NCBI RefSeq assembly: GCF_006345805.1
Contig: NC_043010.1
Coordinates: 63,054,001 to 63,118,000 of the forward strand
DNA from: Octopus sinensis
Lineage: Eukaryota
Length of the DNA stretch: 64,000 nucleotides
Direction of reading: 5' to 3'
This document shows, piece after piece, positions 9,700 through 23,954 of the stretch. A program made the translations under genes and the position numbers. A model generated the notes under the pieces. The model was not told the DNA's origin. It saw only the letters and a list, made by a program, of their open reading frames with translations, and did not search any database. Position 1 is the stretch's first letter, and each line of letters starts with the position of its first letter.

Positions 9700-9951
9700 C
9701 ATACATACATGCGTATAAACAGCATGTGATGTAGTGTGAAGTTGAATATGACGTAGCATGGGAGTGGTGGTTTGCAGTGTATGGTGTAGTGTTTGATATG
9801 GTTTCATGCAGTGTGGTGGTGGTGGTGGAGTCACTGACATATGGAGTGATGCAATGAAATGTGGTTTTGGTGTGGGACGTTGTGTTGTATGGGATGTGGT
9901 CATGTCATGGTCCTGAACTGTTTCCGTTGTATATTACCACCACCACACCTG

Positions 9952-9983
<32 letters not shown>

Positions 9984-10379
9984 GCTACTGCTACTGCTGC
10001 TGCTGTAACCATTATAACTGCTGTCACCACCTCTACTATTTCCACTACTACCTCTACCACTATCACTACCACTACTACTATATCGATTACCACACACCAT
10101 TACCATCGCTACTACCACCATTGTTACTACTACTACTATAACCACCACCACCACCACTACTTTTACTGTCATTTTTATTTTTCAGATACTACTGCCTCTA
10201 CTTGTACTACTGCTTTCGCTACCACCGACACCACCACCACCACCATTATTATTACTACTGCTACCACCACTACTACACTTACAATCACATTAACATTATT
10301 TCCCTCATCACCGCTTGCTACTATCACTCTTATCACCACCACCACCACCTCCACCATCACTACCATTACCACCGCAGCC

Positions 10380-10411
<32 letters not shown>

Positions 10412-10520
10412 TACCACCACCACCACTACTAATACTACATTGACTGCTACAGCTGTCAATACACCATCTCTCACCACACACACACACACACACACAACAA
10501 ATGTAACACACTAATGCACA
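9700..10520. repeat. Degenerate TAC/CAC/GTG trinucleotide low-complexity tract
   Basis: Directly visible; source of the poly-Thr/Val ORFs. Confidence 0.9.
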
Positions 10521-10756
10521 CACACAGTCACACACATGCACAATTAAACACACACATACGCATCACACGCAGAATATAGACACAGCACGCACATACACAT
10601 TAACACACCCACACACACACACACACACATTGTCATCTCCCCCTCCCTGCTGACACTTCCCCCCCCCACAACACAATGAACCATTATTGAGAAGACCAAA
10701 GAACATAAATGGCATCACAACAACAACAACAACAGCAGCAGCAGCTGGTGGTACTC

Positions 10757-11172
10757 TCTCTTTTACTCTTTTACTCTTTTACTTGTTTCAGTCATTTGAC
10801 TGCGGCCATGCTGGAGCACCGCCTCTAGTCGAGCAAATCGACCCCAGGACTTATTCTTTGTAAGCCCAGTACTTATTCTATCGGTCTGTTTTGCCGAACC
10901 GCTAAGTGACGGGGACGTAAACACACCAGCATCGGTTGTCAAGCAATGCTAGGGGGACAAACACAGACACACAAACATATACACACATATATATATATAT
11001 ACATATATACGACAGGCTTCTTTCAGTTTCCGTCTACCAAATCCACTCACAAAGCATTGGTCAGCCCGGGGCTATAGTAGAAGACACTTGCCCAAGATGC
11101 CACGCAGTGGGACTGAACCTGGAACCATGTGGTTGGTTAGCAAGCTACTTACCACACAGCCACTCCTGCGCC
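10757..11172 (-). mobile_element. SINE family 2, full length
   Basis: As 3904-4307; (GTAAAAGA)n tail. Confidence 0.9.
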
Positions 11173-11818
11173 TACCACTCTTACCGTTTCCAAAGACGTC
11201 GCATGGCAGTAAACAACAACTCAAAGTCAGTCATTTGATGTGAGAATCAACAAAGAATATGGCTTTGGTGCTGGCTTGGCCAGAATCTTCCCTTTTGATA
11301 AACCCCCTCCTGTAGTCATTCACCTGTGATCGGACTTGTTTGGAGCTGTCTTGGCCTTCTGGACTCTCAGCTGTGGTGGCTGCTTTTTGCTTCTAAGAGT
11401 GGTGGTCATGGTGGATTGTCCTGGCTTTCTCCATTACATGTCAGTCAGTGTATTCTGGCAGAGCATTCAGGTGTGCTTGCTGTTCCTAAAAACACACACA
11501 CACACCTGCATGACACCTGCATGCATATCTATGTGTACTTACACTTACAGAAACACCTACGCACACATCTGTATATGTGTGTGTGTCATTGTATGCATTC
11601 ATTTGTGTGTGTGCGTGTGTGTGTGTGTTATCCCATGTGTAACCCAGGTTGTTGAATGGGTACATTTGTTTCCTGTTTGGTGCAAGAGAACTAAAAAGAA
11701 GTTGACATTACAAAGAGCATCCAACCGTAAAACTCTCCTTCAATGTCTTTCATCCAACTTGTGCTCCATCGTGGTAAAATGGACATGAAAAACGATTTTA
11801 TATATGTATGTATATATT

Positions 11819-11865
<47 letters not shown>

Positions 11866-11896
11866 ATATATATATATATATATACGTATATATATA

Positions 11897-12245
11897 ATCA
11901 TCGTCATCATCATCATTTAACGTCCGTTTTCCATGCTAGCATGAGTTGGACGATTTGACTGAGGACTGGCGAACCAGATGGCTGCACCAGGCTCCAGTCT
12001 GATCTGGCAGTGTTTCTACAGCTGGATGCCCTTCCTAACGCCAACCACTCCGTGAGTGTAGTGGGTGCTTTTTACATGCCACCAGCACAGGTGCCAGGCA
12101 AGGCTGGCAACGGCCACGATCGGTTGGTGCATTTTACGTGCCACCGGCACGGAAGCCATTCAAGGCGGCACTGGCAACGGCCACGTTCGGATGGTGCTTT
12201 TTACGTGCCACCGGCACAGGGATCACAACTACAATTTCCATTGAT
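11897..12245 (-). mobile_element. RTE 3'-UTR fragment
   Basis: (CAT)n then TTAACGTCCGTTTTCCATGCTAGCATG; internal GTGCTTTTTACGTGCCACCGGCAC repeats. Confidence 0.85.
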
Positions 12246-12319
12246 TAGCACGTGTGGGTGTATATGTTATATATATAAAGCGTTTGAAGAAGCCAGAATA
12301 ATGCATTGCAAGACTCAAA

Positions 12320-12554
12320 AAAGATTTAAAGAAGAATGTTATGATTGAGAAGGTGAATCACAATGACCTTTCTTGTGTGCACAGTTTGAGACAGACCATG
12401 GCTTTCTTTTGCTGGGCTCAAATCTCATTTCTGAACCCATGGAAAACGAACCCCCACCAACTATTCTGCCTGTATGTCTGTGCACACCTTTGAATGCAGT
12501 GTATTCCATGCTCATCATTCCTTTGGTTTCTTTGGAAGTTGATTTGTTTTGGTT
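12320..12554 (-). pseudogene. Candidate decayed cadherin-like exon
   Basis: After TTTTGCAG acceptor: FKGVHRHTGRIV (FxIDxxTGxI-like) and, after a frameshift, AKESHGLSQTVHTRKVIVIHLLNHN (AxDxxGLSxT..VxIxVxDxN-like). Confidence 0.4.
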
Positions 12555-12781
12555 CTGCAAAAGATAGCATTGTGTTGGTGGTTCCCTATATTTTCAGGTG
12601 ATCGCTCAATTGATTGATAAAATTGAAACATGAGCACACCTAAATGTATATCTGTGACATGTGTAAACCCATAATAGATAAATAAATGTATTTAAGCCAT
12701 TATTTCTGTCTACCCGTGCTAACAGTCCAACCTGTGCTAACACAGAAAATGGACGCTAAACGATGATGATGATGATGATGA

Positions 12782-12815
<34 letters not shown>

Positions 12816-12955
12816 TCATCATTGTTGTTGTTATTTCTGATATAGGCAGAAGGCAAGCTATTTTGAAGGGAAGGGTTTAATCAATATTATTGACCCCAGT
12901 ACTTGATTATTCCATTATTTTATCAGCCCTTTGAAAAAAAAATGAAAGGCAAAGC

Positions 12956-13255
12956 TCATCATCATCATCATCATCATCGTTTAATGTCTGTTTTCCATGC
13001 TGGCATGGGTTGGACGGTTTGACTGGGGACTGGCAAGCCTGGAGGCCTCACCAGGCTCCAATCTGATCTGGCAGTGTTTCTACAACTGGAAGCCCTTCCT
13101 AATGCCAACCACTCCGTGCCTGTAGTGGGTGCTTTTTACGTGTCACCTGCACAGATGCCAGTCAAGTTGTACTTCATCAGCCACGTTTGGATGGTGCTTT
13201 TTACGTTCCACCAGCATGGGGAGCCAGTCAGGCGGCACTGGCAACGATCCATGCA
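12956..13255 (-). mobile_element. RTE 3'-UTR fragment
   Basis: Same tail family. Confidence 0.85.
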
Positions 13256-13377
13256 TGAATATTGTTTATTGCATACCACTAGCACACCCACCCATGCTAG
13301 CATGGAAGGTGGACATCAAATGATGATGATATATGATAAACGGAAGATGGAAGCTACCAGGTATAAACCATTCATTT

Positions 13378-13451
<74 letters not shown>

Positions 13452-14289
13452 ATATATAAGGTTAGCTGAGCTAAAGGTTAAAATAACCATTAAGGGCTAG
13501 AAATATCCATTACACTACCCGTATATTACCTATGTTAACCATGGGCATACATGGTATATATATATATAATATATATAAATATATTATATATTTATGTTGT
13601 GAAATTTGATTTAATGCTAAATTGAATTTTTCCCTGTAAGTTTGGAGTTATACTCCCTAATATTATTATTGTTATATATATATATATATATATATACATA
13701 TACATACATGGATTATATAGAAGGAAGAAATACCAAAAGGTGGATAATAAAATTCTTTTTAATAGAATTTTTGTTACTTCTCAAGAACCAATGGTTTCCT
13801 GCTGTCAAAGATCAGCATTTTTTACAGTGTAGGGTTAAGGCTCACAGCCTTAGTCCTAGACTACTGTACATTAAACACAGTTCTTCACCCATTTGTTTGC
13901 CAGGCTAACTTTGTAACTACACAGCTATGCTGCTGGGTTATGGGACTTGTTGTGTGTGAGTGTATGTTGTGTGATGTGTGGAAACGAACATACTATTGAA
14001 TCGTATGGAGATGCAGTGTAGACAAATAGATGAGATGGAGGTGATAACCTGACCAGGCCAGACTTTGCCAGTGACAGACATATGGAGAAAACAAAAATGT
14101 CTGGTCGTGTGACTGCAATGAATAAATATTGTTTATCAATTTTTGATTTCTTAATCTTCATCTTACAAAAATCAAAATAAAAAATGACTGAAAAGTTTTT
14201 CTTAATTATTTCATTGTTTAATTTTTGTCTTAATCAATTGTCTACGCCATCTTTTGTTTGTCTCTTGGCTTTTCTTTCTTCTCTTTTGG

Positions 14290-14420
14290 CAGCAGATTCA
14301 CGTGAATTGGACTGGAGGTACATGAACTTCCTGTTACTGGGGTCCATCATTGACCTCTCAAAGGACAAATACCAGTGATATATGGAGGGTTTCATTGTAC
14401 AAACTATATAGTTTTCCTTT
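14290..14420 (-). pseudogene. Candidate decayed cadherin-like exon
   Basis: HISLVFVL*EVNDGPQ*QEVHV, resembling VxIxVxDVND / VEVxDG motifs. Confidence 0.3.
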
Positions 14421-14916
14421 CAAGAAAAGGCAAAAATTTCTTCTCTGCATCTTCTACAGACCCTGTTATAAGAAGTAGGCCTTTAGCACACAAGAGTCCC
14501 CTTGGGCAGCCAGAGTTAAATCCCTGTGTTATGTTTTATCAGACTTTAAAAAATAGGAGGGGACTAAGAACTGAGCCCTGATGGGGTCTTATTTGTAAGC
14601 TCAGTTTATCACTAAACTCACCCTCCATCCTTGCCACCCACCCACACGGTTGTCTGATTCCTTTTATCTTTCACTTGTTTCAGTCATTAGACTGCGGCCA
14701 TACTGGGGCACTGCCTTGAAGAGTTTTTAGTCGAATGAATTGACCCCAGTACTTTTTTTAAAGCCTAGAACTTATTCTATCAGTCTCTTTTGCTAATCTA
14801 CTGTACTACATGGTTATAAACAAACTAACTCCAGTTGGGGGACAAACACACGGACACACACATATATAACTGTTTGATCCATATACACATATATATATTT
14901 TTTTTAAGGTGAAAAT

Positions 14917-15104
14917 TATATACAACTTATAAATAAGAGCAAAAGAAAAAAAATTTCCATGCTAAATATGCCGAGAATAGACTTTAAATCGTCAATAACC
15001 ACATACAGTGATGAATTACATGTGGTTATTGATGATTTAAAGCCTATTCTTGGCATATTTGGTATAGAAATTTTTTTCTTTTGTCCTTATTTGCAAGTTG
15101 TATA
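14917..15104. mobile_element. Fold-back MITE (~190 bp) at a TA site
   Basis: Arms TATACAACTT...GTCAATAACCACAT / ATGTGGTTATTGATG...AAGTTGTATA complementary over nearly the whole length, ~15-nt loop. Confidence 0.85.
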
Positions 15105-15239
15105 TATATATATATACAACATATAAACTTATAAATTTAACCTTTAAAGGTATTTTTTAATATGCTGGCCATTGATAGGATTTTTTTCGAAAAATTTTAC
15201 CCTATATTAGATAGATGTGTATATATATATATATTGACT

Positions 15240-15492
15240 CCTGTGCAGATGGCATGTAAAAAACACCATTTGAGCATTGCCAGTACCGCCTGACTGGCCC
15301 TCGTGCCGGTGGCATATATAAGCACCCACCACACTCTCAGAGTGGCTGGCATTAGGAAGGGCATCCAGCTGTAGAAACTCTGCCAGATCAGATTGGAGCC
15401 TGGTGCAGTCATCTGGTTCGCTAGTCCTCAGTCAAACCGTCCAACCCATGCTAGCATGGAAAGCAGACGTTAAATGATGATGATGATGATGA
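15240..15492 (+). mobile_element. RTE 3'-UTR fragment
   Basis: Ends CCAACCCATGCTAGCATGGAAAGCAGACGTTAAA(TGA)n. Confidence 0.85.
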
Positions 15493-15564
15493 CAGCGGTG
15501 GTGCCCCAGCATGGCCGCAGCCTTCGGGCTAAAACATTTTTTAGGATTTATATATATATGCATC

Positions 15565-15725
15565 TTTATATACAACAGGCTTCTTTCAGTTTCTGTGAAC
15601 CAAACCCACTCCCAAGGCTTTGGTTGTCGCAAGGCTACAGTAGAAGACACTTACCGAAGGTGCCATGCAGTGGGACTGAACCCAGAACCATGTGGTTGGG
15701 AAGCAAGCTACTTACCACACAGCCA
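15565..15725 (-). mobile_element. SINE family 2, 5' half
   Basis: A/B boxes and CORE-like segment. Confidence 0.8.
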
Positions 15726-16693
15726 TTTCCAATGATACTCGTCTCCACTAAGATTACACATCCAGTAAAGCGTAATACAGACAATGACCTGAAGGGCAAA
15801 AATGGCTGCTGGTCGAGCAGGGATTAGTCACGGAGGAGATACAATGTCTGGCCCAGCAGGGGCACTCGGCAGTCATTTGTCTCGTCGGTCACGTAATGCA
15901 GGAAGACGTCATAGCCAAACACTGGCAGGGTTGCATCATTGTCGACTGCTTCAAGAGCAGAAGCAATGCATTGGTAGAGCACCGTTGGCTACCAAGTGGC
16001 TGTGGACTAATATGGCAGATGTACAGACAAGAAAAACCACACACACACACATACACTTAGATGCTGACATGCACATGCACACACGTTCTATAGACATATA
16101 CAGACAAATACACATGTACATACACACGCACGCTTATACAAACATACATACACATACAAAGACACAAACATACATAAACACACGCACATCTTCAATACAC
16201 ACACATGTACAGTCAAACAACCCCCTCCTACTTACACACAATTGACATTTTCTCTCATTGTTCTCACCCTCTCTCTCTCTCTCTCTTTTTCTCTCCTATG
16301 CTTTCTTCTCTTACTTTTCCTATCATATATACTCACTTCCCTCTCTCTTCCTCCTCTCTCTCTCTTGGCTCATGTCTTTACTCTCTCCCTTCCTGTCTTG
16401 TCTTTCTCTTCCTTTTGTCCTTTCTTCACTCTTTTCCTTCTTTTTGATGCTTTCCCCTCCCACTATCACCCACGCTACACCCACACACAGAACACAGTCT
16501 TGACCCCCCCATCCACACACATACGCCAGACACACCTTCACAACACCCACCCGCACACACAATGCACCCCCACACAACCTCCACACACAAAACCCACATA
16601 TAACACACACACACAGACACAACAGCCACAACACAACCACCACCACAATAACTACACCCTACTACGACAGTAGCTACATCGTGCACAACACTG

Positions 16694-17010
16694 GCGCTCT
16701 GTCGGTTACGACGACAAGGGTTCTAGTTGTTCCGATGAATGGAACAGCCTGCTTGTGAAATTAACATACAAGTGGCTGAGTACTCCACAGATACAAGTAG
16801 CCTTAACGTAGTCCTCGGGGAGATTCAGCATGACAAAGAATGTGAGAAAACTGGTCCCTTTGAAATACAGGCCCTTCGCATTTCTGCCAACTAAGTGGAC
16901 TGGAGCAATATAAAATAAAGCCCCTTGCTCAAGGATACAATGTGCTACTGGGAATTGAACTCTTGACCTTATGGCCATGAGCCGAATACCTGACTGCTAA
17001 GCCACGTACC
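16694..17010 (-). mobile_element. tRNA-derived SINE family 3
   Basis: Head GGTACGTGGCTTAGCAGTCAGG, B box GAGTTCAATTCCC, CCTTGAGCAAG; homologous to 19075-20008. Confidence 0.7.
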
Positions 17011-17329
17011 TTCACACAACAAGCACTACACTGTGCTACAGTAATTACCACACCTCACACTGCACATGTGCAATGGCCACACTCTCTGGTCCAGTTTGAA
17101 GCCATTCTCATTAGAGAAGAAGCCATATAGAATTAGCAGAGTAATTTAGAATAAGGAATGAAATGAAAAATAAAGAAAGGTGTTCTAACTATGCAAAAAG
17201 TTTTAAAAACATATATATTTTGGCCACAAAGACCTATCTTCAACACAAGCCCCAGACGAAAATGGGATCACTGCCCATCCAGCTATCCAAAATGATGGGA
17301 TCTATGTAAACACATTTCTTTGACAATAT

Positions 17330-17367
17330 TCTTCTGAAGATGGGCTTTTGCACTCGAAATATTAAGG
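17330..17367 (+). ncRNA. Minimal hammerhead-like motif upstream of a GIY-YIG remnant
   Basis: TCTT-CTGAAGA-T-GGG(CTTTTGCA)CTC-GAAA-TA-TT-AAGG; ATAT palindromic stem III. Confidence 0.5.
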
Positions 17368-17824
17368 CTTTTAAAACTTTCTGCATTGTTAGAAGCTTTC
17401 CTCATTTCATTCGTTATTCTACTTCTGTACTGCAATGCTTCAAACAAACTACAACTCTTTTCTTCTATTGGAATTTACTTGAAACTTTGCAATATGTGTA
17501 AAGGAGAAACGTATTTGTAAAAACCTTTGAGTAATACAGGTGAGGAGTTGGATGAGATTTTCGAGGTGATGTCAATAAATGGAAACAAAGAGAAAAGACA
17601 TTGTATTGGTGACATGTCTCCCTCAAAGGAACAGACCTGATGGAAAATAGCAGACATCAAGAGGTACAAATCAGATGCTGAAGACACAAAGTGTGACTTG
17701 TACTTCTCCATCTGCCACCAATTCTCCCCCCTGCGATAAATGTCCCTGGTTCTTCTATACCTGAACAGCCACCCCAGGCACCAGCACCCTTGGTTCCTGA
17801 AGAACGCATAACTGGTTCCTGAAG

Positions 17825-18135
17825 AATGAGGTTTACAAATACTTCATGTGAATATTGGATTGTGAGAACTACTACATGGTGCTACAGTGAATGAATTTAA
17901 GATGAGATGGAGGAATCAAAAATAGGAGATGGGAAGAAAGAGTTGCACTAATCTGAGAAACGAAGAATAAAATTTTATTTATTCAGTTTCTTGGTCAGTT
18001 ATACAAACTCTGTCTATATGACTGTTGGGGAGGAGGATGCAATTTATTTTCTACAGAAGCTCTGCAAAGGCAGTCTTAATAAACAAACATAATGAACTGG
18101 CTATAAGTTGCTGTCATAAATTCAGTAAAACCTTC
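17825..18135 (+). mobile_element. Penelope-like element remnant: GIY-YIG endonuclease and C-terminal Cys/His tail
   Basis: With frameshifts: VYK..CEY..CENYY(I)GATVNEFKMRWRNQK and later LCLYD...LNKQ.NELAISCCHK. Confidence 0.6.
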
Positions 18136-18429
18136 CTTAAAAAATACTGCTAGCATTCAACAACTTGGATAACAAGGATGTATTTTCTTCTCACTGGACA
18201 TGAACTGCCTTCTGTCTTTATCACATAGCTATTCTATCTGATGTGATCTATCCCCTTCTGCTATATCTGGATATCTAGTTATCCCTCCTCCTATCTATGA
18301 AAACCAAACTACACCTACTGAACTCTCAAAATATCTTGGAATATCTGGCTCTTGGAATATCTGGCTCTTCCATTTATTTAGGATTCAAGTTTATATGAAT
18401 AAATATTATACAAGCATATTGGACTTTGT

Positions 18430-18700
18430 ATACACAAATGTCATTGTAGATCTGGGAGCAAAATTTATTTTTGTTATGCATAGGTGTGTGTATTTATATA
18501 TTGATGTGAGTACTGATTAATGGCTCTGCACTTATTTACTAACAATAATTTTTATGATGTTTCTAAGAATAAGCAGACCAACAAAAACAGTGGACTTATC
18601 TATTTACTCTCTTGTTGAGATTCTAGAATTGGTCCCATTTACTTGGATCTGGGAAATCCTTCAATAGAACTATGTTCTTCCTATTTAAGTAAAATAACCA
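18430..18700 (-). pseudogene. Candidate decayed cadherin-like exon (second half of a repeat)
   Basis: After AAATAG acceptor: QIQVNGTNSRISTRE*IDK and YTHLCITKINFAPR (IxDINxAP-like). Confidence 0.35.
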
Positions 18701-18830
18701 AATTGTATTTGTATCATATTTATTTGTCTAGTTATCATTAAATTACTGTAAAAGCTATGATGTAACATACATTACATAATGAGCATGTTTATACCATTGC
18801 TCTCGTCTATAGACAAATTTTATTTGTCAC

Positions 18831-18990
18831 TTGCAAGCTGACGAAACAGTTGTAAACCATGGAATAAATGTAATACTGGCTACCCTTATTATTACAGTCT
18901 GTGACAAAAGTACAACTTCCAGATTTTCTGTTTTTTGGAACCTGTTTCTGCTGGAGAAATTCTCCTTTAGACAATTTCGGATAACCACTG
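18831..18990 (-). pseudogene. Candidate cadherin-like exon (first half of a repeat)
   Basis: GYPKLSKGEFLQQKQVPKNRKSGSCTFVTDCNNKGSQYYIYSM aligns to PxF....VPENxxxGT..VxAxDxDxG...IxYSI; possible donor CAA|GTGACA. Confidence 0.45.
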
Positions 18991-19074
18991 CTCATGTGAG
19001 AGCTACATGAGGTAAACACCCGGATTACCCGATTCATTCTCTCTTTCTCTCCCTCCTCACACACACACATGCTG

Positions 19075-20008
19075 GCCTGCTGTTAGTTACAATGATGTGG
19101 GTTCCAGTTGATCCAAGCAACAGAACAGCTTGCTCACAAAATTAATGTGTAAGTGGCTGAGCGTTCCACATACGTGTTTTACCTATTTCTTTACTACCCA
19201 CAAGGGGCTAAACACAGAGGGGACAAACAATGACAGACAAACGGATTAAGTTGATTACATCGACCCCAGTGCGTAACTGGTACTTAATTTATCGACCCTG
19301 AAAGGATGAAAGGCAAAGTTGACCTCGGCAGAATTTGAACTCAGAACGTAACGGCAGACGAAATACCTATTTCTTTACTACCCACAAGGGACTAAACACA
19401 GAGGGGACAAACAATGACAGACAAACGGATTAAGTCGATTACAGCGACCCCAGTGCGTAACTGGTACTTAATTTATCGACCCTGTAAGGGTGAAAGGCAA
19501 AGTCGACCTCGGCGGAATTTGAACTCAGAACGTAACGACAGACGAAATACCTATTTCTTTTCTACCCACAAGGGACTAAACACAGAGGGGACAAACAATG
19601 ACAGACAAACGGATTAAGTTGATTACATCGACCCCAGTGCGTAACTGGTACTTAATTTATCGACCCTGAAACGATGAAAGGCAAAGTCGACCTCGGCGGA
19701 ATTTGAACTCAGAACGTAACGACAGACGAAATACTGTTAAGAATTTCGCCCGGCATGCTAACGCTTCAGCCAGCTCGCCGCCTTAATATACCCTTAACAT
19801 AATTCTCAGGGAGATTCAGTATGATACAAAATGTGACAAGCTTGTCCTACCCCCTTTGAATTACTGGTATTACTCATTTTTGCCAGCCAAGTGGACTGGA
19901 ACAACGTGACATAAAGAGTTTTGCTCAAGGATACAATATACCACTAAGTATTGAAATCATGACCTTATGATCACGAGGTGCCTACCCTAACCACTAAGCC
20001 ACGTGCCT
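19075..20008 (-). mobile_element. SINE family 3 copy interrupted by a SINE family 1 trimer
   Basis: 19075-19180 and 19784-20008 are colinear with 16694-17010. Confidence 0.75.
19180..19783 (-). mobile_element. SINE family 1 trimer: one full-length head unit plus two 184-bp units lacking the A box
   Basis: Junctions at 19367/19368 and 19551/19552, both GAAATA|GGTATTTC on minus. Confidence 0.9.
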
Positions 20009-20249
20009 TCATGCACACACACACACACACACACACATATTGTATAATATGTATACATACGTAGGAGTCAAAGTTGAGTCAAAGGTTCTTGTTCCCATAT
20101 TCAGGGCTGAAGATCAGGAATGAGTAGCACTGAGTCGTGACTCACGCAGACTCACATTTGAATAAACGTTATTCCACTCAGTCAAGCAGTATTGAGTACT
20201 TCTTCTTTTGCTGCTGAAATTCGATTCGCACCACTGCAAGCTCATAATC

Positions 20250-20328
20250 ACTGACCATACACACACACGCACCCCCATATATATATACACATATATATAT
20301 ACACATATATATATACACATATATATAT

Positions 20329-20359
<31 letters not shown>

Positions 20360-20369
20360 TGTATATATG

Positions 20370-20405
<36 letters not shown>

Positions 20406-20590
20406 TACGGTGAGAGAGAGAGGGAAAGAGGGAAATGGAGAGGGTTGGAATGGGGGAGAGATATTGATGGGTGAACGATTAGCTGGATAGGCAGAAAGAT
20501 CAATGGAGTGACTGAAGAGAAGGGGGGAGGAGATAGAGAAAACATGGCAAAAATCTATCTATCTATCTATCTATGTGTGTGTGTGTTGTT

Positions 20591-20622
<32 letters not shown>

Positions 20623-20641
20623 TGTTATATATAATATATAT

Positions 20642-20674
<33 letters not shown>

Positions 20675-21135
20675 GGTATATATATGTAAATGTATATATA
20701 TATATATTATACGGGAAGCTTTATATATATCTATGTATATGTTGTGGTGTGTATATTATTATATATATATATATATGGTATATATATATATATACACACA
20801 CACATATATATATATATATATATCTTCTGTCTGTCTATCAAATTATCACTATTTCTCTTTCTTTCTCTGTCTATTTATCTCCTCCTCTCCCCATCTCTCT
20901 CTTTATCTTTGTCTCTGTTAAGTTTATCCATAACTTCTCTCATTTTCTCCCTAATTATCTAATTAATCTTTCATTTCTCTCTTTTACTCTTCCATTCAAT
21001 CTCTCTGTCTTTGTGTCTCTTACCATCTCATCCTATCTCTTTCTCACTTGTTTACTATGTGGGTGGGTGTGCTTGTGCACACATGCAGACATATACAGGC
21101 AAACATACATATCTATCTATCTATCTATCTATCTA

Positions 21136-21190
<55 letters not shown>

Positions 21191-21200
21191 GCCTGCCTGC

Positions 21201-21231
<31 letters not shown>

Positions 21232-21469
21232 TCTATCTCTATCTATCTGCCAATATATATATATATATATTACACACACACATATATACATATATAAACA
21301 CGTGTGATATGTGTGTTTACATGTATATATATATATATATATATATACACATACACACACATATGTATATCTGTACATATATATGTATATATATATATGA
21401 ATATATGCATGAATGTAATATTTGCTGTGTATGTATATATTTAAATATAGTCATATATATGTGTGTGTG

Positions 21470-21517
<48 letters not shown>

Positions 21518-21784
21518 ATATACACATACACACACATAAATATATGTGTATACATATATACATTCATATATATTGATAAATACACACTGAATCTCCTTTC
21601 ATCTCTAACGATACAGACACACACACACACGCGCACACTCACCTAAACACACATAAACACATTGATATATGAATGTCTCCAGACTCAAACATAATCACAC
21701 ACACACACACACACACTCTCATACATGCACATACATATTTATATACACACAACCATGGACACACGTGCAACTCCATACATATAC

Positions 21785-21818
<34 letters not shown>

Positions 21819-22079
21819 GGCAAACTCCTGCATGAAACCAAACAGCAGAGACGGACACACAGACACAGTCTTGTATAGACCACAGCTCCGCCACTTCTCT
21901 CTTCTTGTTGTTGTTGTTGTTGTTGTTGTAGTTCTTCTTTTCTTCTTCTTCTTCTTCTTCTCTTCTTCTTCTTCTCCTTCTTCTTCTTCTTCCTTTTCTC
22001 CCATGATGCTCTCTGATTTCCTGGTCAGTCTTTCTTCTCTTCGTTCAATTCATCGATTCACACACTGTGTACACACACA

Positions 22080-22116
<37 letters not shown>

Positions 22117-23040
22117 ACACACACACACGCATGCACAAACACACACACCACACACACACACATACACACACACACACGCATGCACAAACACACACACACA
22201 CACACACACAACATACACACACACACACACGCATGCACAAACACACACATGCACACACATATGCTATTATGCATACATACGCCTACGCATACGCACACAC
22301 ACAACACACCACATACACACATAATTATACATACATACACACATACATACATATATACATAAACACGCACATACACACATACATACATACACATACGTAC
22401 ATACATAAACACATACATACATACACACACACATACATACATACATATATACATACATGCACACATACACACATACACACATACGTACATGCATACACAC
22501 GTACATACACACATACATACACATATGTACATATATACAAAAATGCATACATACACATAGATACATACACATACACACATACATACATACACACACATAC
22601 ACACATACATACATGCATGTATATACATACATATACATACATACACACATGCATACACAAACGTATATACATACATACATACATACATACACACACTTAC
22701 ACACACATGCATGCATACATACACACACATAAACACCTACATAATACACACACATACATACACACGCATACAAACATACACCCACACACACATACATGTT
22801 CATATATACTGTTGCACATACACTGATATATATACACATACAGACACACAAAACACAGTAATAACCACATATATATAATATATATACACAGTACGCATAC
22901 ACATCCTAATGAATAGACAAGGTACACATACACACGCAGACACGCAGACACGCATACACACTGATCCGTACACACACACACACATGAGAATAATACATAT
23001 AGATACACTCACAAACTCAGTGCATACATATACACAAATG
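20250..23040. repeat. Compound microsatellite field (TA, CA, CATA, TCTA/TCTG, GTT, CTT)
   Basis: Directly visible. Confidence 0.95.
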
Positions 23041-23054
23041 CATACACGTACAGT

Positions 23055-23246
23055 AATACATACACACAAGAAAACACACTAAGACACACACACACACACA
23101 TATATATATACACACACACATACATATATATATACACACACACATACATATATATATACACACACACATAATATATATACACACACACACATACACACAC
23201 ATGTAGATTTATATGTATCTACATACACACAAGAAAACACACTAAG

Positions 23247-23277
<31 letters not shown>

Positions 23278-23417
23278 CACACACACATACATATATATAT
23301 ACACACACACATATATATATATATACACACAACATACATATATATATACACACACACACACATACACACACATGTAGATTTATATGTATCTACATACACA
23401 CAAGAAAACACACTAAG

Positions 23418-23448
<31 letters not shown>

Positions 23449-23923
23449 CACACACACATACATATATATATACACACACACATACATATATATATACACA
23501 TACACATATATATATATACACACACACATACATATATATATATACACACACACACACATACACACACATGTAGATTTATATGTATCTACATACACACAAG
23601 AAAACACACTAAGACACACACACACACATATATATATAATACACCACACACATACATATATATATACACACACACATACATATATATATTACACACACAC
23701 ATATATATATATATATACACACACACATACATATATATATACACACACACACACATACACACACATGTAGATTTATATGTATCTACATACACACAAGAAA
23801 ACACACTAGACACACACACACACAAATATATATATACACACACACACATATATATATACACACACACATACACACACATTTAGATTTATATGTATCTACA
23901 TACACACAAGAAAACACACTAAG

Positions 23924-23954
<31 letters not shown>

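Noticed and set aside
9861-10514. 217-aa Thr-rich 'mucin' ORF
   Set aside because: Degenerate TAC/CAC repeats, open in several frames on both strands; no splice or domain support.
12339-12560. Trypsin-like protease (RIVGG)
   Set aside because: No following Cys/Trp/His protease motifs; context fits a cadherin-like remnant or chance.
13925-14161. Copia RT/RNaseH motif (TRPDI)
   Set aside because: Isolated 5-aa match with no other copia motifs or LTRs.
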